A DNA stretch of 64,000 nt from a virus (lineage: Duplodnaviria; Caudoviricetes): IMG/VR virus record IMGVR_UViG_2690315746_000005, positions 3,410 to 67,409 of that record; one strand, given 5' to 3'. How positions within the stretch are numbered: position 1 is the stretch's first letter; every line of letters begins with the position of its first letter. Of this stretch, positions 46,533 through 57,312 are shown one piece after another. The translations under genes and the position numbers were made by a program. The notes under the pieces are model-generated. The model was not told the DNA's origin. It saw only the letters and a program-made list of their open reading frames with translations, and did not search any database.

Positions 46533-47084
46533 GTGACCGTTTCCGCTGCCCTGCGCGAGGCCTACGCCTCGGGCGACACCGAGGGCGTCATCATCACCAC
46601 CGTCGAGGTCGACCACGCCTCGCTCGACGCGCCGATCTATCTGGCCCAGAACGTCGACAGCGAGCTCGGCGAGCCGGGCGACACGATCCTGCTGCCGCTG
46701 GTCGAGGGAGGCCCCAAGGTCCCGCACCTCCTCTGCGCCTTCGCGCTGATCGCGCCCGGTGCCGACCAGGACGGCCCGACCGACGGGCGGCTCCAGATCG
46801 ACAACGTCTCGGACATCCTCCACGACCTGATGCAGGGCGTGATCGGCTACAACGAGGCCATCACGATCGCCTTCCGCCAGTACCGGGTTCTGCCCGGCCA
46901 GCTGGCCGCGGTGACCGGCCCCGACGACGACACGCTGTCGGGCATGGAGATGACGGCGTTCGACATTACCGCCGACCGGGCCGAGGGTACGATCGCGTGG
47001 CCGGACGGGCGGCAGCAGAACGTCCCGACCGGGCCGCACGCCTTCTTCAATCGCGACGAGTACCCGGGGCTGTTCACGACGTGA
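46533..47084 (+). CDS. DUF1833-like minor tail protein
   Basis: LREAYAS, LQIDNVS, ends YPGLF. Confidence 0.8.
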   Translation: MTVSAALREAYASGDTEGVIITTVEVDHASLDAPIYLAQNVDSELGEPGDTILLPLVEGGPKVPHLLCAFALIAPGADQDGPTDGRLQIDNVSDILHDLMQGVIGYNEAITIAFRQYRVLPGQLAAVTGPDDDTLSGMEMTAFDITADRAEGTIAWPDGRQQNVPTGPHAFFNRDEYPGLFTT

Positions 47085-47476
47085 CCCGGGCCGAGTTCCT
47101 TCGGAGCCTGCGCGGCCGGGCCTACGACCGCGAGGCGTTCAACTGCTGGCACCTCGCCAGCCTCGTTCAAGCGACCCTCTTCGGCCGACTCCTGCCGGTC
47201 GCCGATCCGGCGCTGGTGGCGGACACGCGCGAGCGGGCGCGGGTGCTGGCGGGCCATCCCGCCCGGGCCGCCTGGCGGGAGATCGCTGCGCCGATCGACG
47301 GCGCGCTCGTCCTGATGGGCAAGGTGCCCGGCGCCGAGACCCATGCCGGCACCTGGCTCGCGGAGGACGGCGGGTTGATCCTGCACACTGACGAGCCGCA
47401 TGGCGTGGCTCTCGATCCGCCGCTCGAACTGGCCGCCGCGCACCGGTGGCGGCTCACCTACCTGGTTCCGGTCTGA
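47081..47476 (+). CDS. NlpC/P60-like tail assembly protein
   Basis: GRAY....FNCWHL, HAGTW, LILH. Confidence 0.8.
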   Translation: MTRAEFLRSLRGRAYDREAFNCWHLASLVQATLFGRLLPVADPALVADTRERARVLAGHPARAAWREIAAPIDGALVLMGKVPGAETHAGTWLAEDGGLILHTDEPHGVALDPPLELAAAHRWRLTYLVPV

Positions 47477-47483
47477 TCCACGC

Positions 47484-50400
47484 ATGACCCTCGTCGTCAC
47501 CGCCAACGTCGTCGGCCAGGTCCGCGGCGAGCCCGTCCGGCTGCCGAACCGGCGCCGGCGGCTCTCCACGATCGTCGCCCGGCATCGGCCGGCGGGCCGG
47601 CAGTTCATCGTGTCGGTCCATCGGAAGGGGGCGGAGGCGTTCAAGCCGACCGACCGCAGCGTGCGCCTCCGCGCGACTTGGAAGAGCACGCTCGTCGGCC
47701 CCGAGGACGTGGTGCTGATCACGGTGGTGCCGCTCGGCAAGAGCTTCCTGTCGATCGGCCTCGCCATCGCGTCGATCGCGCTCATCGCCATCGCGCCGTA
47801 TGCCGCGCCGGCCATCGCGGCGGGGCTCACCGGCGTGGCAACGGCCAGCGCAGGCGCCACCTTCGCGGTCCAGGCCGGCCTCGTCATCGGCGGCCTCGCG
47901 CTCGGCTACGCCGCCCAGGCGGCCAAGGGCGCCGGCAAAAGCCAGAAGCAGGCCGAGCTCTACAGCCTGTCGGGCGGTGGAAACGTGCCGAAGCCGGGCT
48001 CGCGCCGGCCCCTGCTCTACGGCCGCTGCTGGTCCGCGCCACCGCTCTCGCAGGGGGACTACTTCCTCTACGACGGCGACACGATGGTGCTGACCAAGCG
48101 CATGACGCTCGGAATCGGCAAGTTCCAGGTGCACCGCATCCGGGTCGGCGATGCGCTGTTCTGGAGCGAGAACGGCGGGCTCCAGCTCCCGTTCAACTCC
48201 ACGGCGACCGGCAACCTCGGGACCGCGATCGAGATCCTGTACGAGCAGGTCTCACAGTTGGCGTCGGGCGACGTCATCACCTCGAACGCGGTCTCGGGCC
48301 AGGAAATGCCCCGACCGGGCGGGAATCCCGACCGCACGCCCTGGTTCCGGCTCACCCCGCAGGGCGTGGTGGCGGATGCGGCGCTGCTGTCCTGGACCTA
48401 CCCGGCCGTCTTCCGGGTGTCGTCCTCCGGGCGCCAAGTCGGCACGGTCGCCGGCGTGGTGTTCTACGGCCGGAAGATCGACCCGACCACCGGCCAAGTG
48501 ATCGGCCCGGAGTTCGAGATCCAGCGCTCGACCGAGCTGAGCGACACGCTCAGCCCGACGCCGCTTCGCCGCAGCGCCTACTTCCGCCTGCCGGAGGCCG
48601 GCTCGACCTACGAGATCTCGGCGCAGAACGCCTACCCGGACCCGGTCGGGTTCGAGCAGCAGAACCGCGCCACCTGGGACGGCATGTCGGCCTACAAGGA
48701 CGACTACCGGATCCGGCCCGAGACCACCGAAATCGTGCTGCGGATCCGCGCCGGGAAGGGCCTGACCGTCACCGCCTACTCGGACATCATGGTCGACGCG
48801 ACCCGCATCGTGCCGGTGTGGGATGGCAGCGCCTGGACCGAGCAGCCGACGTCCAAGGCGGTCTGGGCCTACTGCGACCTCGTGCGCAGCACCTACGGCC
48901 TCGCCCAGCCGAACAGCGTCGATGCGGCGAAGGCGCTCTATTACGCGAACCTGCTGGCGGACAACGACACCTACGACGGCGCGCTGCCGGAGGTGTCTTC
49001 GTTCTGGGAGGCGGCCGGCCAACTGCTCCTGCCCCTGCGCGCCGACCCGGTGAAGGTGGGCGCGGTGCACAGCTTCGTCCGCGACGAGAGCCGGGCCGAG
49101 CCGCGCCACATCCTCACCCGCCGGCAGATCGTGCGGGACTCGTCGGGCGCCACCTACAAGACGAAGGTGGAGGGCGGCGACGTCATCGTGGAGTTCGACC
49201 GCGACGGCGACCCGAAGCGCCCGGACGAGGTGCGCTACAGCTACGGCCCGCCGACCCGGACACCGAAGCGCTACAAGGTGGCGGGGATCACCGACGGGCT
49301 GCACGCGCTCAAGCACGCGACGTGGCTCGCCGCGGTGGCGGTGTTCCGCGGCGCCGAGCGGAAGATCCAGACGGAGTGGGACGGCCGCCTCGTCTACCCG
49401 GGCGACCACATCCTCTCGGACTTGTGGTTCCTGCGCGGGAAGCAGGCCTACGGCGTCGCCTCGGCCGACGGCAACGTGCTGACCCTCGACGTGACCGCGA
49501 ACGTCCCGGCCGCCTACGGCTACGGATCAATCCGCACGCGCCAGGGCAAGGAGTGGGGCATCCTGCGCATGCGCGGCGTCGGTGCGCGTGGCCTCGAGCT
49601 GCACCCGGAGGACGTCGCCGCGCTGTCGGCCCAGACCGGCCTCGGCCTCGCCGCGGTGCTTGCCCGGGACACGCAGGACCCGACGACGGTGGTGCTTGGC
49701 GAGCTCGTCGAGCTCCGGGAGACCTACGTCGCGCGCTCGGCGATTCCGAGCGACCCGGACCACGTCCAGGTCGAGATGGTCAAGGACGACGCCCGGGTGT
49801 GGCAGCTGCTCGACGAGCAGACGATCGCGCCGGCGCCGGTCGGTACCGACCCGCTGGCCGAGCCGCTGATGCCGACGATCTCGGTTCTGCACGCCCGCTG
49901 CCAGCGGGTGGAGACCGGCATCGAGGTCGTGTGGGGCGTCTCGGTCACTCTCGGCGCCCGGGCCTACGAGGTCGAAATCAGCTACGACGGCGGCGCCACC
50001 TGGGAGGTGCTGTCTCCCCTCGGCCCCGCATCGAGCGGCCGCGCCCAGATGCGGCAGACCGATCAGCCGGTGACGGTGCGCGCCCGGGCGTACGGCCGGA
50101 CCGGGCTGCACGGCGACTGGATCACGACCACGTTCACGACGGTGGCGCCGGTCGTTCAGGGCGAGCTGATCGAGCCCCTGTCCATCCAGATCGAAAAGAT
50201 GTCCGCGCAGCTGCAGAAGGACATCGGCGCGATCAACGACCTCGGGCGGGGTACCCTGGCGCTCGGGCAGCAGCTGACGGTCGACAAGCTCGCCGAGGCG
50301 CAGGGCCTGATCGATAGCGCGCGCGAGGCAACACGGCTCGCCCTCAGCATCGGGGACGACAGCATCCTGGGCTCCATCCGGCAGCTGGCGGCGGCGGTGG

Positions 50401-52226
50401 ACAGGTTGGCCGGCGAGGCAGCAACGCAGACCGGGGACTCCTTTGAGGAGCGCCAGCTGCTCAAGGTCGCCGATGGTAGGAACTTCGCGGCGATCGAGCG
50501 CGAGACGCGCCTGCGGGTCTCCGGCGACGAGGTGCTGGCGTCGATTACCACCACCCTCGCGGTGCGCCTCGACACCGCCGAGGGCGGCATCGTCGCCAAC
50601 GCCAGCGCGATCCAGGGCGTCAGCAGCCGCGTCACGGTCGCCGAAGGCGCCATCACCGCCCAGAGCCAGCAGATCACGACGCTCGGGGCGCGGATCGACG
50701 CCAACGACCTCGCCATCAGCGGGCAGGCCACGGCAACGCAGCAGCTCACCGCCCGGGTGACGCTCACTGAGGGTAACATCGTCAGCCTCTCGGAGAGCCT
50801 GACGGCGCTGCGATCGACGGTGACGACGCAGGGCGGGCAGATCTCGGCCAACGCGACGGCGGTCGACCGCGTCAGCACCCGGGCGGAGCAGATCGACGGC
50901 CGGGTGACGTCCGAGGCGACGCGCACCACGGCGCTTGAGGCAACCGTCTCAGATCAGGGCCGGCAGATCAGCGGCACGTCCACGGCTTTGTCGGACCTGA
51001 CGGCACGCACGACCACCGCGGAGGGCCGGATCACCAGCGAGGCCGCTCGCCTCGACGCGTTATCCTCGACCGTCTCCACTCAGGGAGGCCAGATCAGCAG
51101 TACCGCCGACGCGGTCTGGCGGCTCACCACACGCACCTCTGCCGCCGAGGGCAGGATCGAGAGTGAGGCACGTCGGACTGATGCACTCGCAGCCTCGGTC
51201 TCCGACCAGGGCAGGGAGATCGTCGGACAGGCCCGAGCCATCGACGATCTCGCGGCGCGAACCTCGACGACCGAAGGTAATGTCACCAGCATCGCGAACA
51301 AGACCACGGCGCTCGAAGCCACCGCCTCGACCCTTGGCGGGCAGATCAGCGGCAACAGCCAGGCACTGCAGGATCTCAGCGCCCGGACCAGCGCGACCGA
51401 GCAGGGGGTATCCTCTCAGGCGCAGCAGCTCTCGAACCTGTCCAGCACGGTATCGGGCCAGGGCGGGCAGATCGGCGCCAACGCCCAGGCCGTGTCCCAG
51501 CTGCAGACCCGGGCCGACAATGTCGACGGGCAACTGTCGTCGCAGGCGTCGTCCATCCAATCGCTTTCGACGACGCAGAATGGGCATACCGCCCAGATCA
51601 CGACGTTGGCCGCTTCCTACGACGGCGTGAAGGTCCAGTACGGCGTCACCGGCTACATCGACGGGAAGACCGGCGGTTTCGTGCTCACCGGCGCGAAACG
51701 CCTTGATGGCGGCAACCCGTTTCAGCTGCTGGTCTCGGCCGACATGTTCGTGGACGGGCTTCTCACCGCCCGGATGATGTCCACCACGTCGCTGATCACG
51801 ACCTCGGCTCAGATCGGCAACCTGACCGTCGACAACATCAACGTGAAGGACGGTGCGATCTCGGGCCTCGTCTCGGCGCAGTCGAACGGCCAGCAAGCGA
51901 GCGTGACCATAAACGTCCGGACGGCGCGGGCCGTGGCGGTGCTCGCCAACCGGGTCGGCGATCTCAGCTCGCGCTTCCGACAGACCGGGATCAGCACTGG
52001 GGCGATCAAGATTTACCGAGACGGCAACCTGATCGGCGCCATTCCCGCGAATTTTACAATGGACTTCGATCCAAGCCCAAACGTCAACGCCTCGTACCTG
52101 CGGCTCGGGCCGACCACATATCCTATACTCGATTACCCGGGTGTTGGGGCGCACACTTATCAAGTCGTCGATGACAACACCGTTGGGATCGGTGGCGTCT
52201 ACATCAGCGTGCAGGAGAGCAAATGA
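47484..52226 (+). CDS. Host-specificity J-like tail tip protein
   Basis: PLLYGR, FVRDE, FN3-like segment, long heptad repeats, C-terminal ITTSAQIGNLTVDNINVKDGAIS. Confidence 0.88.
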   Translation: MTLVVTANVVGQVRGEPVRLPNRRRRLSTIVARHRPAGRQFIVSVHRKGAEAFKPTDRSVRLRATWKSTLVGPEDVVLITVVPLGKSFLSIGLAIASIALIAIAPYAAPAIAAGLTGVATASAGATFAVQAGLVIGGLALGYAAQAAKGAGKSQKQAELYSLSGGGNVPKPGSRRPLLYGRCWSAPPLSQGDYFLYDGDTMVLTKRMTLGIGKFQVHRIRVGDALFWSENGGLQLPFNSTATGNLGTAIEILYEQVSQLASGDVITSNAVSGQEMPRPGGNPDRTPWFRLTPQGVVADAALLSWTYPAVFRVSSSGRQVGTVAGVVFYGRKIDPTTGQVIGPEFEIQRSTELSDTLSPTPLRRSAYFRLPEAGSTYEISAQNAYPDPVGFEQQNRATWDGMSAYKDDYRIRPETTEIVLRIRAGKGLTVTAYSDIMVDATRIVPVWDGSAWTEQPTSKAVWAYCDLVRSTYGLAQPNSVDAAKALYYANLLADNDTYDGALPEVSSFWEAAGQLLLPLRADPVKVGAVHSFVRDESRAEPRHILTRRQIVRDSSGATYKTKVEGGDVIVEFDRDGDPKRPDEVRYSYGPPTRTPKRYKVAGITDGLHALKHATWLAAVAVFRGAERKIQTEWDGRLVYPGDHILSDLWFLRGKQAYGVASADGNVLTLDVTANVPAAYGYGSIRTRQGKEWGILRMRGVGARGLELHPEDVAALSAQTGLGLAAVLARDTQDPTTVVLGELVELRETYVARSAIPSDPDHVQVEMVKDDARVWQLLDEQTIAPAPVGTDPLAEPLMPTISVLHARCQRVETGIEVVWGVSVTLGARAYEVEISYDGGATWEVLSPLGPASSGRAQMRQTDQPVTVRARAYGRTGLHGDWITTTFTTVAPVVQGELIEPLSIQIEKMSAQLQKDIGAINDLGRGTLALGQQLTVDKLAEAQGLIDSAREATRLALSIGDDSILGSIRQLAAAVDRLAGEAATQTGDSFEERQLLKVADGRNFAAIERETRLRVSGDEVLASITTTLAVRLDTAEGGIVANASAIQGVSSRVTVAEGAITAQSQQITTLGARIDANDLAISGQATATQQLTARVTLTEGNIVSLSESLTALRSTVTTQGGQISANATAVDRVSTRAEQIDGRVTSEATRTTALEATVSDQGRQISGTSTALSDLTARTTTAEGRITSEAARLDALSSTVSTQGGQISSTADAVWRLTTRTSAAEGRIESEARRTDALAASVSDQGREIVGQARAIDDLAARTSTTEGNVTSIANKTTALEATASTLGGQISGNSQALQDLSARTSATEQGVSSQAQQLSNLSSTVSGQGGQIGANAQAVSQLQTRADNVDGQLSSQASSIQSLSTTQNGHTAQITTLAASYDGVKVQYGVTGYIDGKTGGFVLTGAKRLDGGNPFQLLVSADMFVDGLLTARMMSTTSLITTSAQIGNLTVDNINVKDGAISGLVSAQSNGQQASVTINVRTARAVAVLANRVGDLSSRFRQTGISTGAIKIYRDGNLIGAIPANFTMDFDPSPNVNASYLRLGPTTYPILDYPGVGAHTYQVVDDNTVGIGGVYISVQESK

Positions 52227-53053
52227 GCATGGGGCCGTACACCTCGGCGCCTGTGCCCTTCGTGCGGCATGATGAAGCCGGCCGGATCACCGAACGCGGT
52301 CGGATGGAGATGCAGTACATCGTGGCCGAGAACGCCGAGCGCGGCGGCATCCTGGCTGGCGAGGCGGCCGACGAGACGCACTACGTCGAGGACCCGACCG
52401 GCCCGGCTCGGCGCCTGCGGCTGCGTCGCGCCCTCGTCGTGGCCTTCGACACCCGTGAGCCCGCCCCCGGCGCCCCGGCGCGCGTGCACCTGCCGCCGGA
52501 CACCGTCATCACGGTCACGGGCCCCATCACCGGGACCGTGACGGCCAGCGGTGCGGTCGACCTCGTGCTCCGGATGCCTGGCACGTACCGAGTGACGATG
52601 GAGGCATGGCCGCGCCGGCCGGCAATTGAGACGCTGACGGTACCGGCCGCCACCGGCCCGGTCCCGGAGGCGCCACCCGGCGCGGTGGTCATCGGCCCAA
52701 GCCTCGAGGCGGTGCGCGCCCGGGCAAAGGAGATCGCCACTCTCCACTACGCCGAGCAGGCCCTGATCTCCCGGCCCGCCGGGCTGCAGGCGGCCGACCT
52801 GCTCAAGGCGCAGGAAGCGGCTCGCGTGCTCGCTGGCGGCGACAGCGAATGGATCGCCGAGGAGGCGGCCGAACGCGGTCAGGATCCTGCCGTGCTGGCC
52901 GCGGCGATCGTCGCCGAGAGCACGAAGACGGTCGAGCGCGAGAGAGAGCGGGTCCGCGTCACCCAGGCCGTCGCCCGCGCCACCACCGAGAGCGAGGTCG
53001 TCGCCGCATTGCAGGTGGTCGGCCTCGAATTCGTCCTTCCCCCGGGCCCGTGA
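52223..53053 (+). CDS. Tail-associated hypothetical protein
   Basis: Coupled to J; C-terminal KAQEA...IAEEA.ERG DUF4376-like helical domain. Confidence 0.7.
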   Translation: MSMGPYTSAPVPFVRHDEAGRITERGRMEMQYIVAENAERGGILAGEAADETHYVEDPTGPARRLRLRRALVVAFDTREPAPGAPARVHLPPDTVITVTGPITGTVTASGAVDLVLRMPGTYRVTMEAWPRRPAIETLTVPAATGPVPEAPPGAVVIGPSLEAVRARAKEIATLHYAEQALISRPAGLQAADLLKAQEAARVLAGGDSEWIAEEAAERGQDPAVLAAAIVAESTKTVERERERVRVTQAVARATTESEVVAALQVVGLEFVLPPGP

Positions 53054-53076
53054 GGCCCACTACCCAGGAGCCTCCC

Positions 53077-53265
53077 ATGGCCGACACCACCCAGCCCACC
53101 GCCGTCACGCTGGTACAGAACGCACAGAGCCAGATCACCGCCATCGAGATCGGCGATACCCTGATCCCGGTTCTCACCGCCGGCATGATCCCGGGAGCCG
53201 GCTGCACCAACCTCGCTCTTACCATCGCCAACGTCGCCGTCAGCTACGAGCGCCCGCAGGCCTGA
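53077..53265 (+). CDS. Small hypothetical protein
   Basis: AGGAG RBS; MADTTQPTAVTLVQ... Confidence 0.6.
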   Translation: MADTTQPTAVTLVQNAQSQITAIEIGDTLIPVLTAGMIPGAGCTNLALTIANVAVSYERPQA

Positions 53266-53338
53266 GGTCGCGCCGCACGGCGGGCGACGACGCCCACCCT
53301 ACCACCGTCGAGCCTGACGCTCCGGGAGCACCTACCCC

Positions 53339-55702
53339 ATGGCTATCTCTGCCGGCCTCGTCTCCGTGACGACGGGGTCTCCCGTCGTGTCCGGAAGCCT
53401 GACCTCGTTCGTGGCGGCCGAGGGGGATCAGTTCATCCTACGCGGCCTCACGGTCGTCATCGCGCAGGTCGTGTCGCCCAGCAAGATCCTGCTCAAGCAG
53501 GACTGGGTCGGGCCGTCGATCAGCGGCGCCTCGGACTGGGATATCTCGCTGACCGGACCGTATTGGCAATCACAGGTCACCACTAACAAGCGCATCAGCG
53601 ACCTGCTCACCAAATTCGAGGCCGGCCCGGTCAAGTGGGATCAGGCCGGCACCATGGCTGGCCGCAACCAGTACGACGACCAGCCCGCCGGGTTCACGTA
53701 TCTCTCTGTCGATCCGATGCCATTTCGGATCTATACGAAACTGGCAAACACGAATTCGGCATCTGACTGGTCAGATGGGCAGGTGCTTGGTACTGTCGAG
53801 GCTGATTATCCTCTATTCCCTTCGGACATCGGCCTCGGCAAGGTCGACAACACCAGCGATGCCACCAAAGCCGCGCCTGGCAACCCGATCGGGGATGCTC
53901 TTAACGTTCGCGCAACGCGATCTCAGCTCCCAATCCTGAACGGCGACACCAGTGGAGGCAGCGATGCTGGGGCTTCCCTGTCGTCTGACTTGGCTCAGAT
54001 CGGGTCGTTTGGCGGTGGTCGCCCACGCCTTCCGCGGGCTGGCTACCGCCTCGACACCCCCCTGGTCATGCGCGAAGCGACCTGCGTTGAGGGGCAGGGG
54101 TCAAGCCCGAGTAGCTACGCCGGGCAGGGGACCGTTTTCACCATCGGTGGGTCGTTATCGGCGGGCTTTGTCGGCCCTAACAGCGGTGCCGTGCACACCG
54201 CGGGACTTCACGATTTCACCGTCGATGCCCGTAACCTGCCGGCGGGCGGCGCCGCCATTCGTGCCGGGTTCTTGGAGAGCCGATTTTCGAACATCAAGCT
54301 GCAAGGCAAGGGCAGCTTTGACCAGGGCGGCTACACTCCAAACACAATAGGTAAGCATCACGTTGCAACGGCGCCATCATGGATCAATTGGTCCATGAAC
54401 ATGCTAATCGGTGGCTTCGCCATCGGCAAGCGCATGGAAGGGTCAGACAGTCTCGACTTTGGCCACTATATCTCCGGCAACCAGATCGGGTATCAGGTAG
54501 CCAAGAGCACTGCTAGCATCCGCACCGGCCACATGATGATGGACCTGGCGTCTATCGTCGGGATGAACATCCAGGCCCCTGATCAGACCGATGCTGCGGG
54601 CAACGCGCTCCCCGCGGCGACCGCGGGCACGCACACCGGTCACATCTTCCACTTTAACAATCTCCACGCAAGCTTTGACAACAACACATGGCCCGGCCCG
54701 GCAGACTTCCTGCACGCGTTTGTGGGCTGCGTCTATCACTACGGAAAGGTAGAAGGTAGCCCTGCCGTCATTGTAGGAAATAACGTTCGAGGCCTGACTT
54801 TCGCTGGCAATATTTTCTATGCGAACCGTGGGCCGGACCTTCAGTTTGGTAGCGGCGTCTCTGGTATCACGCTGCACTACAGCTCAGACCAAGCGCCAAA
54901 TAACCGCTTGGTCAACATGCCGCTTGACAGCCACGTGCTGACGGGCGGTATCGGCGGGCAGTACAACTACCTCAACTCGCTGATCCTGAACTCGCCCACA
55001 AATCCCGGCGGGAAAATCCAAGAGACCCGCTTTGCCGTGTACGGCAACGACAGCATTCTGGGTGCTTCTGGGGTCAACTCTCGCTTCGGCTTGGGTCGAG
55101 ACGCAGCCGGCTTCGACGCCGCTCTGCTAATCGGCATCGATAATGGCAATTCGCCCTACTTTGATGCGTGCAACGGAGAAAAAACTAGCGTCTACGGCTT
55201 TGCCATAAAAATCAATCACTCCGCCCGTATGTATTTTGCGGGTAACGGGAATATTGGCATAAATAATGGTGCGCCAGATAAGCAGCTCGACATAAAAGGA
55301 GATATTAGAGCCTCTGGAAATGCCCAGTTCAATGGGGTGACGTCCTTAATTTATAAGCTCGGCGCGTTCGCGTATTACACGCTTTCTGGCGTAAATACGG
55401 TGTTAAATTACGATGACAACGACTATACGATTTATAATGTTGCAAATAACACGCTGGCAACGGTCATTGCCGGGCGTTCAGTTCAGACATTAACCAATTC
55501 TGTAATATACTTTTCCGTACCGATCTCTTACCCCGAGTATCTCGTGTCAACGGTTCCGTCCGGCGGGATTGGCTCGGCTCAGATCTACGTCGCCAATGGT
55601 CGAAAGGTTGGCGAAAGCGCAGGAAACGGCAGCGGCGTGATGGCCTACTACTCGGCCGGAAGGTGGCGCCGCTTCTCTGACGATACACCCGTTGCCGCGT
55701 GA
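53339..55702 (+). CDS. Tail fibre/spike with beta-helix-like region
   Basis: IGLGKVDNTSDA.K fibre motif, GYRL..PL...VEGQG beta-helix entry, GNIGINN.AP...LDIKG; AT-rich distal half. Confidence 0.82.
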   Translation: MAISAGLVSVTTGSPVVSGSLTSFVAAEGDQFILRGLTVVIAQVVSPSKILLKQDWVGPSISGASDWDISLTGPYWQSQVTTNKRISDLLTKFEAGPVKWDQAGTMAGRNQYDDQPAGFTYLSVDPMPFRIYTKLANTNSASDWSDGQVLGTVEADYPLFPSDIGLGKVDNTSDATKAAPGNPIGDALNVRATRSQLPILNGDTSGGSDAGASLSSDLAQIGSFGGGRPRLPRAGYRLDTPLVMREATCVEGQGSSPSSYAGQGTVFTIGGSLSAGFVGPNSGAVHTAGLHDFTVDARNLPAGGAAIRAGFLESRFSNIKLQGKGSFDQGGYTPNTIGKHHVATAPSWINWSMNMLIGGFAIGKRMEGSDSLDFGHYISGNQIGYQVAKSTASIRTGHMMMDLASIVGMNIQAPDQTDAAGNALPAATAGTHTGHIFHFNNLHASFDNNTWPGPADFLHAFVGCVYHYGKVEGSPAVIVGNNVRGLTFAGNIFYANRGPDLQFGSGVSGITLHYSSDQAPNNRLVNMPLDSHVLTGGIGGQYNYLNSLILNSPTNPGGKIQETRFAVYGNDSILGASGVNSRFGLGRDAAGFDAALLIGIDNGNSPYFDACNGEKTSVYGFAIKINHSARMYFAGNGNIGINNGAPDKQLDIKGDIRASGNAQFNGVTSLIYKLGAFAYYTLSGVNTVLNYDDNDYTIYNVANNTLATVIAGRSVQTLTNSVIYFSVPISYPEYLVSTVPSGGIGSAQIYVANGRKVGESAGNGSGVMAYYSAGRWRRFSDDTPVAA

Positions 55703-55709
55703 GGAAGCT

Positions 55710-56477
55710 ATGTCCAAACCCTACATCTACGAGTTCCTTTTTCGCGGTCGCCCGGAGGGCTCAGCCGAGCCCGCGGCGTGGCATGTGATCATCGGCCAAA
55801 CCACGGAGGTCCCCGGCTCGGGTGAGCAATTGGTGACGAGCGGAGCGCTGACCCCAGAGAAAGCGGAGGCTGCCGGCTTTTCCCTGTCGTCGATACTGTC
55901 GGGGATCGAAACGAGGGCCATGGCTGAGAGAGACGCGGCTGCGACCGAAGCGGCTGCGGCGCGTCAGGAGCGGGACGCGGTCATTGCGGAGCGCGATGCC
56001 GCCAAGGCCGAGACCAAGGCCGCACAGGAGACCTCGGCCTCGTACCAGACCGCTGCTGCGCAGGCGGCAGAAGAGCGCGACGCGCTGCGGCTGGAACTGA
56101 GCGCACTGACCTCGCGCATCGCCGAAACGGCACGGGCCCAGGCACAGCAGGACGCCAAGGCGGCGATCTCGCAGCAGCCAGCACAGGCGGTCGTTCTCGT
56201 GCCGATTTCCGACCGGCAGTTCTTCCAGGCGCTCGCCCAGGCCGGCACCATCACCCAAGCCGAGGCGCTGGCAGCGGTGATGACGGGCACTCTGCCGGCC
56301 CGGATCGAGACCGCAGTAGCCGGCCTGCCCGATGATCAGCAGTTCGCCGCTCGCATGATGCTGTCGGGTGCGACGACGTTCGAGCGCGGGCACCCGATGG
56401 TGGAGCAGCTCGGCGCAGCGCTGGGTTATGAAGGCAAGGCGCTGGACGAGCTGTGGGCCGCCGCTGCGGCGCTCTGA
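55710..56477 (+). CDS. Coiled-coil tail-associated protein
   Basis: AERDA repeats; C-terminal ISDRQFFQALA...TFERGHPMV..LG...LDELW. Confidence 0.7.
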   Translation: MSKPYIYEFLFRGRPEGSAEPAAWHVIIGQTTEVPGSGEQLVTSGALTPEKAEAAGFSLSSILSGIETRAMAERDAAATEAAAARQERDAVIAERDAAKAETKAAQETSASYQTAAAQAAEERDALRLELSALTSRIAETARAQAQQDAKAAISQQPAQAVVLVPISDRQFFQALAQAGTITQAEALAAVMTGTLPARIETAVAGLPDDQQFAARMMLSGATTFERGHPMVEQLGAALGYEGKALDELWAAAAAL

Positions 56478-56540
56478 CATCGCGCGACCGCTGCGCCACC
56501 CGGCCCGGTCTCGATACCCCGACAATTTGGAGATCAACCC

Positions 56541-57239
56541 ATGGACGTCGCTGCGATCCAGCGCGCTCTCTTGGCGCGCGGCTATGACCTCGGGCCGGCC
56601 GGCGCCGATGGCGATGCCGGGCCGAAGACCATCGCCGCGGTGACGGCGTTCCAGCGATCCGCCGGCCTCGTGCCGGACGGGATCGCCGGGCCGCTGACCA
56701 TCAAGGCGCTCGGCAGCGTCGACCTGACCGAGCGACGCGTCGAGCCCGAACAGCCGGCGTGGCTCGCCCTGGCGGCGCACGAGATCGGCACCCACGAGGG
56801 TATCGGCAAGGCGAACAACCCGACCGTAGTCCGGTACTTCGCCGACGCCGGCTTCTCCGGGGTCAAGGACGACGCCACCGCCTGGTGCGCGGCCTTCGTC
56901 GGCGCCATGCTGCAGCGAGCCGGCCACAAACCCTCCGGCAGCCTTGCGGCCCGGTCTTACGAGGGCTGGGGCGTAGGGCTCAAGGAGCCGACCCTGGGCT
57001 GCATCGCCACCAAGAAGCGCGCCGGCAGCTCCTGGCAGGGCCACGTCGGCATAGTCGTCGGCGCCAACGCCTCGACCATCTACCTGCTCGGCGGCAACCA
57101 GGGCGACGCTGTCAGCATCGCCGGGTTCAAGCGGGGCGAGTTCACCTCGTTCCGCTGGCCGGCCGACGTGCCGCTGCCGGCGGCGACCAAGCTGCCCACC
57201 ACCATCGCCGGCGCCAAGTCAGGCGTCAGCGAAGCCTGA
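56541..57239 (+). CDS. Endolysin: peptidoglycan-binding + TIGR02594/NlpC-P60-type catalytic domain
   Basis: IQRALLARGY...ADG.AGP.T..AV.AFQ; AWCAAFVG, GHVG, LGGNQ. Confidence 0.9.
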   Translation: MDVAAIQRALLARGYDLGPAGADGDAGPKTIAAVTAFQRSAGLVPDGIAGPLTIKALGSVDLTERRVEPEQPAWLALAAHEIGTHEGIGKANNPTVVRYFADAGFSGVKDDATAWCAAFVGAMLQRAGHKPSGSLAARSYEGWGVGLKEPTLGCIATKKRAGSSWQGHVGIVVGANASTIYLLGGNQGDAVSIAGFKRGEFTSFRWPADVPLPAATKLPTTIAGAKSGVSEA

Positions 57240-57312
57240 CACTTCGGACCTCTACGGGGCGAAGACCCGCGCCGGCCGGGCCAGCCGAGCACCCCACAAT
57301 CAGGACAACATC

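Noticed and set aside
50550-51600. Quasi-repeats in the J gene as DGR template/variable repeats
   Set aside because: Degenerate coiled-coil protein repeats; no reverse transcriptase or adenine-specific pair seen
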